Positions 47,501-62,500 of a stretch of 64,000 nt of DNA are shown one piece after another; within the stretch, counting starts at the first letter, position 1; every line of letters begins with the position of its first letter. The notes under the pieces were generated by a model, which saw only the letters and a program-made list of their open reading frames with translations, searched no databases and was not told the origin of the DNA. Origin of the DNA: Guillardia theta CCMP2712 (lineage: Eukaryota; Protista; Cryptophyta); contig NW_005434673.1 in assembly GCF_000315625.1 (NCBI RefSeq), positions 62,001-126,000 of the forward strand, in the 5' to 3' direction. A program made the translations under genes and the position numbers.

Positions 47501-50500
47501 CTTCTCAGCCACCGGAGGACCCAAGTCTGTAGAGATCGTGGCGTTGAATTCCAGCAAGAACTGGCTTTCTCGGTCTATCACAAAGTTGAGCTTCGAGGGC
47601 CTGCAAAAATGTTACATGAGAGAATCCAAAACGAAAAGACTCACATGTCGACTTGATATGTGACAACCTGTATTCCTTGTATCAGAGCGCTCGAAAGTTG
47701 ATATTTGGCTTCAGCAGGGTTCACTTTCAATCCCACATTGAACATCTGAGGAGTAGTGAGGATTCTAGAATTGCCGTAGCTGTCCTTGGTTTCGATTCCA
47801 AACGTGACTTCTGAACCGAACTGCGTTCCTATGACTCCCTCACCAGAAACAGATGCGGAATAAAAACTCTCCGGACCGGGTAATACAGTGAGGAGTGTGT
47901 CAGACACTGACTTTGTGCCGACTAGGATTCCATTGAGACTTCCAACGATTCTGTACAACCCTGAGATGGTACAGGTGAATCTCCCTTGCACCTGAACACT
48001 TGTAGTTGAGCTCTGGATCAGAGCATTGACGATGATTGGGCTGATCGATCTTACATTTGATAATTGAAAATAAACTGAGAAAGACAAAGGTCCCTTCTGA
48101 GCTGTGTTTCCGTACAAATCTTTGGGCAAGATTATGAAAGCACTTTGTACTCCAGCTGTTGCTGTGCTGCTTGAGAGAGTTAGCTGTGTCTGTGGAGCTG
48201 AAGCTTGTCCAGAGACTACTTGAATCCTGACAACATCTGCAATCAAGGGCACATTGAGCACACTGATACTGATGAAGTACGACCCCGCTATAGTAGGAGT
48301 ATATGCTATTTCAAATCGACCTTGATTGAGGTTGCGTATGTAAATTTCGTTGAATGATTGCACAATAGTCGGTATTGCTACTGAAGAGTAACTAATACCA
48401 GCTGTGACATCCTGGACTTTGACCAATCCTTGTTCATTCAGCAAATTATTGCTGAATCTATCCCTGAGCTGTAAGACGATGGAGAGCGAAGTTCCAACTT
48501 GACTATCAGCAAGTCCACTGCCAGAAAGAACTGTGGACTGCGCCAAGAAGACTGTCGATCTTGCGATGACCGCAAGGGGAACTCGGTTCACCGGCTCCAA
48601 ATTCGCAAACACAGTCAGAGCGTAAGTTCCCGAAATTGTCAAGTAGTAACCACCCTTCCGTCCGCAAACACTCGACGGGCAGCCATTAAGAATGCTGGAC
48701 GTGGAACAAGGGGAGTTGTACGAATTTCCTTGCAGACAAACGGCCTGAGATTGAACCTGCGGCAGGATAGCGAAATCATTAGGGTCTCGAACATTTGCTG
48801 GGATGTAGTCCAAAGTGAATCTATCAGCCTCATTGAACACTACGTTGGAGAACGCATCTTTCGTGAGCACGCCAAAGGTTGCGGCTACACCAGCTGTGCA
48901 TGTTGTTAGCATCGCTCCTATTAGTTTTGATAAAGTCGCACACGTTTGTCCGCCCTCAACCAGCAGGGCAAAGGGGCTGCCCTTGATGGGGTTGGACCCC
49001 CACCTGACATGTATCTTGTAATTGCCGGTGACAGTTGTAACGTATCCCACGAGATATTGGCCAGTCACTTCAGGATTGAATGTTGCCTTACTTGTTGTGC
49101 TGGCAAGATCTTGTACAGATGATGGATAGAAAAAAGGAGGCCCTTCGAAGAAGATGTTGAAATAAATCCCACCTGTTGATATAGCATTGCTAAAGCGGTC
49201 TCTTGCCTGAATGTAGAAGGATGATATGACTCCAGCCTTTCCTCTGCTCAACGATTGCCCGATGGCAATCGTGTTGGTGATTTCGAGAGCTGCAGGCATG
49301 GTATCGATGTTGAATGGTGATCCAATAGAGTGCAGGAATGTACCCTCCCGCGAAAATGTGCCAATACGGAGAGAGTACCTCCCAGCTCGTGTGAAAGTCC
49401 AAGATATATCCCAAACACCCAGTCTCCGCACTTGCGGGATCAAACTGATTGTATCAAGAACGAGACTATTGTTTAGTACCATGGATAGGACTGCTGTCGG
49501 ACTCACACTTGGTGAAACTTCAAGCTGATTTCCGAACGAATCAAACCCTGTCAACGTAACAAATGAAAAAACTCCCGCGGTCGAGGATGATATACCCGGT
49601 CCATTCACAATGCTTGTCGTTGCATCCCATCCTGATGAAACAACCGTGAAAGTTGCCGACGCAACAAACTGTGTATTCAGGCTCAATGAAAGTCTATAAG
49701 ACGATGACACGAGGGCTCGAAACTTGATGCCGTAGCTGAAGATCGATGTTTGGTTGTCCATGATGGGAACTACTGCTGCCTGAGAGCTGCCACATGAAAT
49801 TCTCGTCTCGGAATATTCTTGAGGGCATTTTTCTCCATTGACACTTAAGTCATAACCGTCACTCACCCTGCCGAGAATTCCCTGGGTGTCATACACCTGC
49901 AGATTGCCCATCGAATCTTTTGGCACTATGACGAAATTTTGAGCAGTTCCTGCTGGGAATCGCGCAGTTACACTCCATTGCACTGACGTAAGGGTAGGAT
50001 CAGTGGGACCAGGAATGACGCGAATTGAGAACGGACTTCCCAAAATATGACGATCATTGAGGTTTGGTACTTGTATTTGAATTGAGAGCTGATATACTCC
50101 CGATCTTGTAGCATTGGGGAAGTAGGCAAAAAGCCCATCTCCTACGTGTGTACCAAATGCCATTTTGCTATCCATCATGTACATCATCCTTACACTTTGT
50201 ATCTGAATGTCTTCATTCAACAATTTCAGGCCATTGCTGTCATAGGCTTGCACGCGAATCGGATTATTTGAGATTGCAGATCTCAAATCAAAGCCTGCAT
50301 CTATTATCACAGTTGTTTGTTCTGAGATGGGACCAACGTTGGTGAGAACTCTCACGCTGAAAGGATTATCTTTGACGAGGCACAAACTGATAACCTTTTC
50401 AGCACAGCCTTGACCGAGAGAAACTGAGAAGACAAAACTTCCAGTTCTCGGTAATGTATACCTTATTTCGAAGAGGCCTGGAGATAGTTCTATGCTATTG

Positions 50501-53500
50501 AATGTATTCGAAAAGCCTACAAATTTGGCTGTGAAAACAACTCCTGAAATAGGAATGAAATTTCCAAATTTGTCACGTGCTTGCACTGAAAATGTCGCGA
50601 TCTCATCTTTGACGGCGCTTCTGAGTCCAGCTCCGGATGCGATACACTCAGGTGCATAGATGGTCGACGTTTCGACTTTCATGGTAAAGGGGGACCCGAT
50701 CACGTCGCTCCACAGGCTTGCTATCAGCACTCTCACGGATATGGTATACGTCGTCGCAACTGTCAGGGTAAGAGGAAACTGATAGGCGCCTCCATCTAGT
50801 GCTACTGCGGGCAATGAAATAGTATTCACTTTTCCGTTGGCGTCGGGAATGCTTGTTGCTGTAAACGAGATGGCGCTTCCGATGTTCCGAATCAAGTTGC
50901 CGAAAGTATCCAACATATTCAGGTTAAACATTTTCAGAACTCCAGCTGTTGCCTGGCTGAGTGGAAGGTAGTCACTCGCGATTGACAGTTTTGTAGTTGC
51001 AACTGAAGGAAAGCTAGGTGCAACGGTAATTTGAAATGGTATCAGAGGCAAGTTCTTTCCATAAGTGGAAATGTAAACCTTGAAAGAATCGGATCTGGTA
51101 ATCACGGTAGTTGCTGTGTAAGAACCATCAAGATTGTTTTGCAGGCAACCTGTTGTGTATGGACAAGGAACTGCACTTCCAAGAAGATTTCTTACCTCGA
51201 AGATATACTCCTTGTCAATATTTGTAAATGCATTCCACACCGTGGGATTTCCATACGAATCCTTTGCTGTTATGCTCACTGAAATTGGCACACCAGCGGT
51301 AGCGGTTGAAATGACCGAAAAAGTACTTTTGTCTGCACTTGCGCGATCGGCATATACCTGGACCGACCAAGGAAGCCTGGGAAATGATTGAAGGATGCCT
51401 TTGTTATCGAATAAGTATACTACAACCTGGTACATTCCAGATTGTGTCAGAAGAGGAGTGCAATAATATCTCAGTTGTACAAATGGACACGACACATTGG
51501 CGGTGCTCGAAATACTGCTCAACACCAGCATCATTGTATCCAGCATTTCCCATCCTCGTTGATAAGCAAAAGGATCAGGTTTTACCAATAGTTCTGAATC
51601 TCTCGCAAGGATTCCAACGGTGAATGATGATCCGGCGATTAGAGCGTTGGGAACCGAAGGATCGTAGGTTGAAACACTTAAATTTGTGAGGCCTGGAATT
51701 GCGTAGAATTGTAGGATCCGTGAGAGCTGCTTGTTGTCCGAGAAGGAATAGATTGTTGCAAGGTAAGTGCCCTTTGAGGTAGGGAGCCATGTGATGATGT
51801 AAGCACCGTTTTGTAAATCAGTTATGCTGGACTTCACAACCATGTTTCCTGGAGTATCTGTGAATTGAATTGAGAACGATAAGCCTCCAGTTGTAAGATT
51901 ATTCTCAAATGTATCCCTGGATTGCATCAGTAAATAGACTTGCTCACGAGTTCTTACAATATTGAAATTCACAAATGAAATGTTCAGAATCGTCTTCTCG
52001 AGTTCCATCTTAGAAGAAACAACGCTAATAGTAGCTGGTGAAGATGGAATCGGTTGCTGGAACAATGATATTTGCACTGAATATTGTCCAGCTTTGGTCA
52101 AGTATATGTTGTATTCTCGCAATCCGGGGTTCGACTTGGTGGGTTGCTGAGACTCGTATACTTCAAGGCATGGCCATTGATCACATGAACCTGACGACGG
52201 GATAACAGAGACCTCAAACTTTGCTGTCACATTGTAGTTCTCATTTCCAAATATGTCAGCCATGAAGGCAGTAAAAAGCCTCGGTTGACCCGCCTGAATC
52301 GGAGAAGTCGAAAGAGAGAATGTCGAAGCTTTGGCACTGGGGATGCTGGGCAACACAGAGACGTTGAACGGACTTCCTTGAACCTGTCGAGCACTGCTTT
52401 GGAGTCTTATTTCAAGCACATACAGTCCAGCTCTTGTCACCAAGTATTGACAGATGTGTTTGAAAGAAGAATACGAGACTGATAGGGTCGATATCTCATT
52501 CCCAATTCTGAGAAATACTTCAAAGGAATCAGATAGGAGAGTGCCATCCTGCAACACTGGGTTTCCGTAAGTGTCAAAGCTCGTGATAGAAAACGATGCG
52601 GCAGTTCCCACCGTAGCGAGACTTACAGCACTCCCTTGAATGCGACAATTCGAAGCATTTGTGATATTCGGAACGTAAGTTATGTTGAATGGACTTCCCT
52701 TGATATTTTCAGATGCAAGGAATACCCGAATCTGGTATTGACTTGCCCTTGTAAGTATGAATTCCGCGGTATAGGTTCCATCTTGACGGTCTGTACAGTT
52801 CCTTACAACACCTGAATCGATCCTAAAACTCACGGGATATCCTCCTGAAATCAGCCTTATTCCTTTTCTGTCTTTGATGACTACAAGGAAGATGGTTCTC
52901 ACTCCTGCTATCTGTGTTTGAATCACAGCTGGATTGCCATCGCCCTCACCGGTTATCATGCTCATTGATGCATCGGGTGCTCCGGGATTTGCTACGATCT
53001 CAAAGATAAAAGGACTAATTGAGGCATGTTGTGTACCTCGAAGAACCACAGAGACCGTTAAATTGATAGCGTAGTCCGTCGTTGCAAAGCTTGCTCCATA
53101 TAAGCCATTGCCAACCGCCGATATCTTGACAGTAGATACTGCTGGCTGCAGAAAGACTTTCCAATCTTCGGTTGTCGAGCCAGCGTTATTCCCATATTTA
53201 TCCCTGGACCTTATCCAAAAGGTGACCTTGTCTTTGATCGAGCCACCAGAAGCATCGAATATCAGGCTTGCGCTCGCATCCACGATTTCAGGGAAAAGTT
53301 GAAGCAGTGTGGACGACCCAATGTCACTGATGCCATATTTGACACTCAGCGAATACTGCCCACTTCTCGTGATTGCAAATATGAACTTCTGATTTCCAAT
53401 CACTTGAAATGCTAAATTGCTGTCATCCGTTTTCGATGCGATCAAAACAGAGAAATTCATCGATTCAAGAATTGTGTTTCCAAAAGTGTCTTTTGGGACA

Positions 53501-56500
53501 ACAACGAGATCACGGGAGGATCCAGCGACCCCCTGATTGAAACCAGTGCTGAAGGAAGTAAACGAAGCTTTGATATCAATTGAAGACGCTTGAATCCTAG
53601 AAGAGATGGGACTGCCTTGAATGTGGAACGATCCGCACAGAATTGAGAGGGTGTAGGAACCAGCAAATGTAGCCATATAAGTTGCTATCAAGGTCCCGTT
53701 CCGAGCATCAGTCAGCAATCCTTGTCCCACAGGGTCAAAGCTGATGGTGAATAATGTCGGAGACGCGGGACTCAAAGTTCGCGGATTCCCGTATATGTCC
53801 CGAGTAACCACTAATGACGTGTAAGTTCTCCCCGCTATGCCAATGAACATCTGATTCAGGTCTGTTGCAACATGGAAAATACTGTTGGGAGACGATGGTC
53901 CTGGCAAAATCGGAGAAAATTTGATGGATTGAGATGGATACAGCATGATTGATTCAGTGGTACGGAACTCAACAGATGCGTTTTGTACTTCACCTGCAAC
54001 AGAAGGAACAAGGGTTGGAATCATGATTTCCCATATTGAACCCGCGGGAAGGTGCGAACCGCCGTATCTTTTGAAAATCAGTTCTTGTTTGGGTCTTTGA
54101 TTTGCACAGCAAACTGGAAGATATTCAATCTTCACAAGATTAGAGATGTTTGCAGGAGCACTCTCATTCTTCATAATCGGATTGCAGGTCTCATTAAGAA
54201 TTCCATTCATCAACTTCAGTACCACGAAGGATGTGTAATTGGCTTCGATAGTATTATTGCATGTTGTGGATGTCCACCATCCATAATCATTCTCAACCAG
54301 GCATCCAGCTCTCTCAAGTTGATTTTGACTTTGCTTGAGCTCCTCCATGCTGCACAAGTGGGCATCCAAGACTTCACAGAAACCATTGGATTCAGCCCAT
54401 GACATTTCTACAGGACACCCATTCGCTCCGCAACGACGGTGCAGATCAATTTGACATCCATTTGTGGAAACACATGTCGAGATGTTTGTTCCATTCTCGA
54501 TCGAGTCAAAGCATTTTCCGAACGGATTTGATTGAGTCACAAGCAGTTTGCCGTCATCACCTGTCGCTATTTGAGCTGAGAGCGACGTAAGGGCTATTCT
54601 TCCATCCACTTTCAAATGAAATTTCGAAACTTCAGGCAGCTGTCCGGGAGCAATCGATTGAATTCGGAGAAGTGTGTGAAAACCTGCTTGAAAGTTATCG
54701 AAGGAAACTTTAGCTAGAGGTATTGTGGTATAGTAAAAGTTCACACTGGCTTCTGGTGTTCCAGTCCACTGACTTTCTCTGTCCTCAATGACAAGACTGG
54801 GTCGATACCTCAAGCTACCGGACAATGCATCGCCAGCTGGAGCGGTGCAAAGCACTGAGCTGTCACTTTGCCACTTCTTGTCATAACATTTAGTCGGGCC
54901 GATTTTTGCTTCGAGTTGATCTGGATTGAAAACCCCAAAAGTGCTGAAATAAAAAGTCAGTCGCAAAATGGATACACTACATCAAGTCTTACCTTCCAAT
55001 GATAGTTATGACCAACGGAGGGTAAGATTGGCCCCCTAAACTAGGGAGATTGTTTGGTGAAATTTTTCGAATTTCAGCCATGTTGTAAGTAAATAGAGTA
55101 TAGCAGGAATACGGAGAAATCCGAAAGGGCACCGAAGTTCCAAGTCCACTGGAGACAAGACATGAAATGCTGGAGTCAGAAAGCCATTGCGATGTAACAC
55201 ACTTTGTCTCCTTCAAGAAGACAGAAAGAGAATAGTCAGACGTTCCGAGATTCAACCCGAACAATGTAACAACAAAGTTCCCAACAGGAGGACCATTGAC
55301 TGGAAAACTCGAGTTCACGCACGGTACTGAATAGTTAAAAACGGGTTGCAAAGTACTCATCTGTTGCAAAAGCGTAATCGAAGCTATATTCTCTTTAAAG
55401 AAACCGGCAGAAACTTTACAAGCTAATGAGCTCTGTGAAAACCATTCGCTTTGCTCACATGCTGTACTTCCAGCCCTTGCCCGAGAGGAGAAAGAATTGA
55501 ACCCCATGTTCATACCAACCAATGTCAGAGAACTTTTACCAGATGGATTGACTTCAAGCACACAAGAGGTAATATTTTCAGTATCAAGAAGCGACTGATT
55601 CTTGGCGGAGCATTTCGAGTCACCTTCTAATCTATCTAACGCAATTGCAGGGTAAGTGAAAGTGAGGCTCATTGTTCGAATTTGGGATTGAATCGAAACT
55701 ACGACACTGTCAAAGTCATTCACGCCCGAGCTGCACAGGCACAGGGAAGCAGTGTCCGAGAGCCAAGAACTCCGTTCACACGATGAAGCTCCCAAGCGAG
55801 CCGCAACTGTCGAATGCAATAATCCGAAATTTTTCCCTATCATCGTCACGGACTTAATACCACTCAGAGTCTTAGCATAGAAAGAGTCGTAAGAGATCAG
55901 ATTCTGCGAGGATCCAACCAACTGATGAATGGTAACGATTGCCGTGAGGCCGTCTCCCAATCCTCGGACGTTCTTGCATGTGAGCATGCTGTCTGATTTC
56001 CATCTGGTTGGTGTGGAAGCTGATTGACCTATTCTCATTGTTACAGTGCTATCATACTTGCTGAACGAAATGCCAACCGCAGTGTGAGTTCCCATAATCT
56101 GCTCGCTAGGAGGAAGGTTTGAAAAAGATGCATATTGTACTTCATTGCCAAGATATGCAAATGCTTCTGTTGCTGTTCCAATGCTCAGTGAAGTAGTAAT
56201 TTGAACTCGGAGAGAAATTCCGGAGCCTGCAGACATCAACGATCGAATTGAAGAATCTGAACGCCAAAGGGTAGCTTCGGAGTTTGTGAAGCCTCCTTGT
56301 ACTCGTGGAGTTTGAGAAAGATGCCCGAACCCCGACCCTAGAATTTCCACCGAGGTGTTTGATTGACCTACAACCAAGTAATAGTAACCTGAGCCATGTT
56401 GCACATCATAGTTGGTCGGAAACTTGATTCCTTGTCTTCTGTCTTCTAGACTACATGAGCTCAACAAATACCTGTAAACAATTGGTCCCTCAAGCCCATC

Positions 56501-59500
56501 ACATCCATTCATGAATAGACAAGACCAATATTCAGTATACGATTGACATAGACTACGTTGATTCCTTATACGGAGGAAACGATTCGAGCATGTTGATTGC
56601 GTCAAGTATGAGCACAGACCAGTTGTTCGTACCGTTTTTAGCCTTGGACTGTCAAAAGACGTTGCTTGAGATTGAGAACCCAACTTGTAAGCTGAGGTGA
56701 TTTGCAACGTTGAACTAGAAACTTGCATCGATGGTGATTTGCACAGCGTTGAAGAGTCTGACAGCCAGTTCGTCTCCTCGCTCGCTGTCCCTCCTACCCG
56801 CGTCCCTTGTGATGTTGATACCAGTCCTATCCCTCGTCCAAGCAGCGTAACAACAACCCCCCCTGTGCTTGCTGAGTTCCAGCGCGTGCTCGCTCCAACC
56901 TGCGGTGTATCTGCAGATACCGCACCAGTCATGCTCGAGGTGCGATGGCCTGTCGTTAGGAGTAGGCGCAAGCTGCTTTTCTCAATCTGGGATACCATGC
57001 CCGCCGTTGAGGTGTCGGAGAACCAGCTTGTAGAGGAGAGCGCAGTGCTGCTTACGCGAGCTACTGAGCTCACCGCAAAGATGCCGAAGAATGAGCCCTG
57101 GAGACTTATCCTAACCGACGAGGTGCAAGGGAGGTTCATCCTCGTCAGGGTGCTCAATGAGCTGGAGTCAGCTGACAATGCCTCGGTGAGCGAAGACGTT
57201 TGCAGTCCATTTGTAAGCAAGACAGTCAACGACGCTGTCATCAACGAACCACCTTTGCACATGACGGAGGTGACATTAGTCCAAACTGTCAATTCACAAC
57301 TGGTTGACCCTGATCTTGATCGATATGTTGAGAGGGCGGAGATGAATCGTTGAGTGCTGGCTAATATGATTTCAGGTTGCAAGTGTTTTGCATTTGATCT
57401 TGCAGTGACTGCACTCATAGAAACTAGATCTGATGAAAATACGCCAGATGTTGACCCTGTGTTGATAGCAGACGTAATCATTATTCTCAGAGTATTTGCT
57501 GTGCTGTAGGATGGAAGCAAAGACAGAGAAGAGCATGATATCCATACAGTGGATTCACAAGTTGTAGAATGAATCTTTGCAGCCAAAGTTGTATCAAATG
57601 ATGAATGCAGGCTTCCAAAAACTAGCTTTGTGTGACAAGCAGGGCATCCAAAATTTTGCGATGGCATAGCCCTGACAATGGGTGCATCGATAGACAATGT
57701 ATGCGTGATAGTAGCTTGTAGCTCCGAAATCGTCAACTTCAAGCTTCTTGTCTTCGATTCACTTGATGCTGATTGACATACAACTTGTGTCTCTGATTGC
57801 CACTGAGTTGATGCTGATCCTGAAGAATGAGTCCTGACACGTCCTGAAAAAGAATACATCCCAAAATCATTTCCAGATAAGGATATCATAGTTGCGCCTG
57901 TGAAAGGAATATTGCAGGAATGAGTGATGCATTCCTTCAACGTACTAGAGTCCACCGAGAAGACAGAAGATGCTGTATCTACTCGAAGCGTTGCACTGAT
58001 ACCAACCCTTCTTGATGAGGAGAATATCACTGATGTAACACATTTCAACACCGATTCCGACAGCCAGTTCGTCTCCTCGCTCGCTGTCCCTCCTACCCGC
58101 GTCCCTTGTGATGTTGATACCAGTCCTATCCCTCGTCCAAGCAGCGTAACAACAACCCCCCCTGTGCTTGCTGAGTTCCAGCGCGTGCTCGCTCCAACCT
58201 GCGGTGTATCTGCAGATACCGCACCAGTCATGCTCGAGGTGCGATGGCCTGTCGTTAGGAGTAGGCGCAAGCTGCTTTTCTCAATCTGGGATACCATGCC
58301 CGCCGTTGAGGTGTCGGAGAACCAGCTTGTAGAGGAGAGCGCAGTGCTGCTTACGCGAGCTACTGAGCTCACCGCAAAGATGCCGAAGAATGAGCCCTGG
58401 AGACTTATCCTAACCGACGAGGTGCACGGGAGGTTCATCCTCGTCAGGGTGCTCAATGAGCTGGAGTCAGCTGACAATGCCTCGGTGAGCGAAGACGTTT
58501 GCAGTCCATTTGTAAGCAAGACAGTCAACGACGCTGTCATCAACGAACCACCTTTGCACATGACGGAGGTGACATTAGTCCAAACTGTCAATTCGCATGC
58601 ACTCCCAGCAGTTCTTGCTGCCACTGTACTACGATAATCCTGAATTCCCAAGGTCAGGCTAATTTGGAGTGATCTATAGGAAGCATGATTTGTTGCAGTG
58701 ACAGCTGAGAAATGATCAGAATCTGTAGACCATGCTTCAGTAATAGTTCCAAAAGATATTGCGAGGCTAAGAAGCGCTTTCTCGCTAACAGCAGTTGATG
58801 CACATTTTCTTGCTAAAATACTGGATGAAGAGAACCATATTGAGGACTCCGCCGCACTTTGCCCTACCCGACAAGACAACGAAACTGGCCGCTGAACACC
58901 AGACACCATTTTGAGCATGAGATCTTCTGTATGATGAAAAACATTGGTCTTTGACATGTGCGACAATGAGGGAATGTCGTATGAAGCAATGACGGAATGC
59001 GTACTTTCTAATCTGCTGCAAGAAAGTACTAAGGCGACAGAACCAAATGAACCAAATCCATAAGAAATTTTGCCAAGTATTAATGTGTCTGACATCCATA
59101 AAGAGGCCTCACAATGGGAATAGCCTGTACGTAGCTGAAACGAAGAAAGCCTTACTCCCCCTGCTACTACTGCATAGGATAACCCATGAGAAATATAATT
59201 TTGAGACCCAAAACTCCCTGACAAAAAAACAAGATCAAACGAATAAAAAGATGAACTCGTCCCCGTGCCTCCGCTCCCGCCCCCTCCTGCCGTCACCCCT
59301 ACCCGCATGCTCCTCCCCTCTCCTGCTGCCTGCTGGCATGACACTGCCGTCTCCGACGTCCACGCCGTGCTCTCGCTCCCCGTGCCCCCGCCCCGCCCTT
59401 GACCTGACCCCTCGTACCTCCCCAGCCCTGCCCCGTACACCGTCACTCCCGTCGACCCCGTCCCGGCCCTGTTCCCGCCCTCCCTTACCCCGCTCGCCCC

Positions 59501-62500
59501 CGCCCCGTCTGCCGAGATCGCCTCCGTCCCCGTGCCTCCGCTCCCGCCCCCTCCTGCCGTCACCCCTACCCGCATGCTCCTCCCCTCTCCTGCAGCCTGC
59601 TGGCATGACACTGCCGTCTCCGACGTCCACGCCGTGCTCTCGCTACCGCTACCGGCTATCCTTGTCTTGTCGCTATTCATTGCGATACCTAGGCCCTGAC
59701 CATGGATCGTTACTTGTATGCTTCCCGTCGCCGCCTTGTTCGCTCTACGGATGCTGCTTATCGTCGCTCTATCGTTGGATAATGCTTGCGTCGTCGTCCC
59801 TGCTGCCCCTGTCCCTACTGTCACCACAGCCCCTGCTGAAGCCCCGCTGGCCGATGCAGCCCTGCAGGTCACTGCCGTCTCTGACTGCCAGGTCGACTCC
59901 GGTATGCTGGTGGCTCCTACCCGACCCCTGGATGACAAGTCCATCAGACCCAGGCCCGATCCCCAGATCGTCACTTGCATCGACCCTGATCCAGCTGTAT
60001 TCATCCTCTCTGCTGCCGTCAGCGTGACCCTATCGCTCGATACAGCCCCTGTCAAGGACCCTCCCTGCCCTCCCGTCGTCACCGATGCTCGGAGGCTCGA
60101 GCCCGTGCTGGCTGATGCCAAGCATACGACGCTTGTCTCTCCTACCCAGTCTGTGGCTGAGCAAGCAGATGCCTGTATACGGCCGACCGACGATGCCTGT
60201 CCGCTCCCAAGCCCTGCACAGTGTAGGGTGACGCTTGCACTCCCTGTGCTGGCCCTGTTGCCCGGCTCGGCTGTGCTCATGGTTGCGAGGTCGGTCGAGT
60301 ACATGGCAGTGCTGCTTGCGGCTGTCTCCAGTATTGTCAAGGTGACCTGTGCGCTGGAGCCCCTTGATTGTCCTGCTCTACAGATGACGGCCGAGTCTGA
60401 TAGCCACTCCGATCCCTCGCATGAGCTGTGCCCTGCTCGCACCGTCGGGCTTCTGTCTGAGCTCCCAAGCTGTCCTCCGACTACAGTGACGTGTGCCGAC
60501 CCTGTGGCTGCCTGGTTTGATCTGCCCAGCCATGAGCTCACCGCCCCCTCGTCCCACGACAGTTGCTCCGTCACGCTTCCGACAGACCCTACGGATGTCA
60601 AGGAGACATGGTGACTTCTGCTCGCCCCCGCCGTGCCCCTGCATCGTATCGAGGTCTCTGATTCCCAGTCAGTGCTTGTACATGCGGACACGCCTAGCCT
60701 CCCTTGCGGTGATGACATCGCGGAAGACAGCCCTGATCCTTGTACCGTCATGCTCACAGACCCTGTACCTGCGCCGTTGTGTACACGCACCGAGCTCGTC
60801 TGGCTAGCTCCTGAGCTCCAAGCTTCTGTGATGGTGGCTACAGCCTCACCCACGGTCAACGCCAGCGATTTGCTTTCGCCTGATCCTCCCGACAGCCTGC
60901 AAGCTACCGCACTCTCCGACATCCATGATGTGCTCTCTGCGGCTGTTGACCCGGACTGTCCCCTCCCTGTCAGGGACACTGTCCCAAGCCCTAGTCCAGT
61001 CACAGTCACAAGCCCCGAGCCAGTGCTGCGTGCGTTGACGCTCGCCCTCCGCAAGCTTCCTCCGTCCCAGGTGATCGCCTCGGAGACGCTTCTTCCTGCT
61101 ACCCCGCCTACGGTCAATGTAGCCCCGGATGATCTTGCCGGGCCAAGACCGCTCGCATGACACGTCAGGCTCGACTCCGACTGCCATGCTGTAGCTTGAC
61201 AAGCCGTCATGACCGACGCCGACAAGCTCTGGCTTGACAACCCGTATCCCTTGCCTAGCAACCTAACCGTAACATAAGCTGAGGGCTGATTGGACACGAC
61301 AGCGCCTGAAACATCCACACGATCATACGACACCAGGTCCGATCCCGTCCCGACCAGACTAGTGATAGTAAGCACGATCTGCCCGCATGCTCCTCCCCTC
61401 TCCTGCTGCCTGCTGGCATGACACTGCCGTCTCCGACGTCCACGCCGTGCTCTCGCTCCCCGTGCCCCCGCCCCGCCCTTGACCTGACCCCTCGTACCTC
61501 CCCAGCCCTGCCCCGTACACCGTCACTCCCGTCGACCCCGTCCCGGCCCTGTTCCCGCCCTCCCTTACCCCGCTCGCCCCCGCCCCGTCTGCCGAGATCG
61601 CCTCCGTCCCCGTGCCTCCGCTCCCGCCCCCTCCTGCCGTCACCCCTACCCGCATGCTCCTCCCCTCTCCTGCTGCCTGCTGGCATGACACTGCCGTCTC
61701 CGACGTCCACGCCGTGCTCTCGCTACCGCTACCGGCTATCCTTGTCTTGTCGCTATTCATTGCGATACCTAGGCCCTGACCATGGATCGTTACTTGTATG
61801 CTTCCCGTCGCCGCCTTGTTCGCTCTACTGATGCTGCTTATCGTCGCTCTATCGTTGGATAATGCTTGCATCGTCGTCCCTGCTGCCCCTGTCCCTACTG
61901 TCACCACAGCCCCTGCTCATGCCGCGCTGGCCGATGCAGCCCTGCAGGTCACTGCCGTCTCTGACTGCCAGGTCGACTCCGGTATGCTGGTGGCTCCTAC
62001 CCGACCCCTGGATGACAAGTCCATCAGACCCAGGCCCGATCCCCAGATCGTCACTTGCATCGACCCTGATCCAGCTGTATTCATCCTCTCTGCTGCCGTC
62101 AGCGTGACCCTATCGCTCGATACAGCCCCTGTCAAGGACCCTCCCTGCCCTCCCGTCGTCACCGATGCTCGGAGGCTCGAGCCCGTGCTGGCTGATGCCA
62201 AGCATACGACGCTTGTCACTCCTACCCAGTCTGTGGCTGAGCAAGCAGATGCCTGTATATGGCCGACCGACGATGCCTGTCCGCTCCCAAGCCCTGCACC
62301 GTGTAGGGTGACGCTTGCACTCCCTGTGCTGGCCCTGTTGCCCGGCTCGGCTGTGCTCATGGTTGCGAGGTCGGTCGAGTACATGGCAGTGCTGCTTGCG
62401 GCTGTCTCCAGTATTGTCAAGGTGACCTGCGCGCTGGAGCCACTTGATTGTCCTGCTCTACAGATGACGGCCGAGTCTGATAGCCACTCCGATCCCTCGC

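Noticed and set aside
61917-61919. Selenocysteine or readthrough TGA
   Set aside because: It aligns with a Ser codon in the sister repeat and sits among other errors near the assembly gap.
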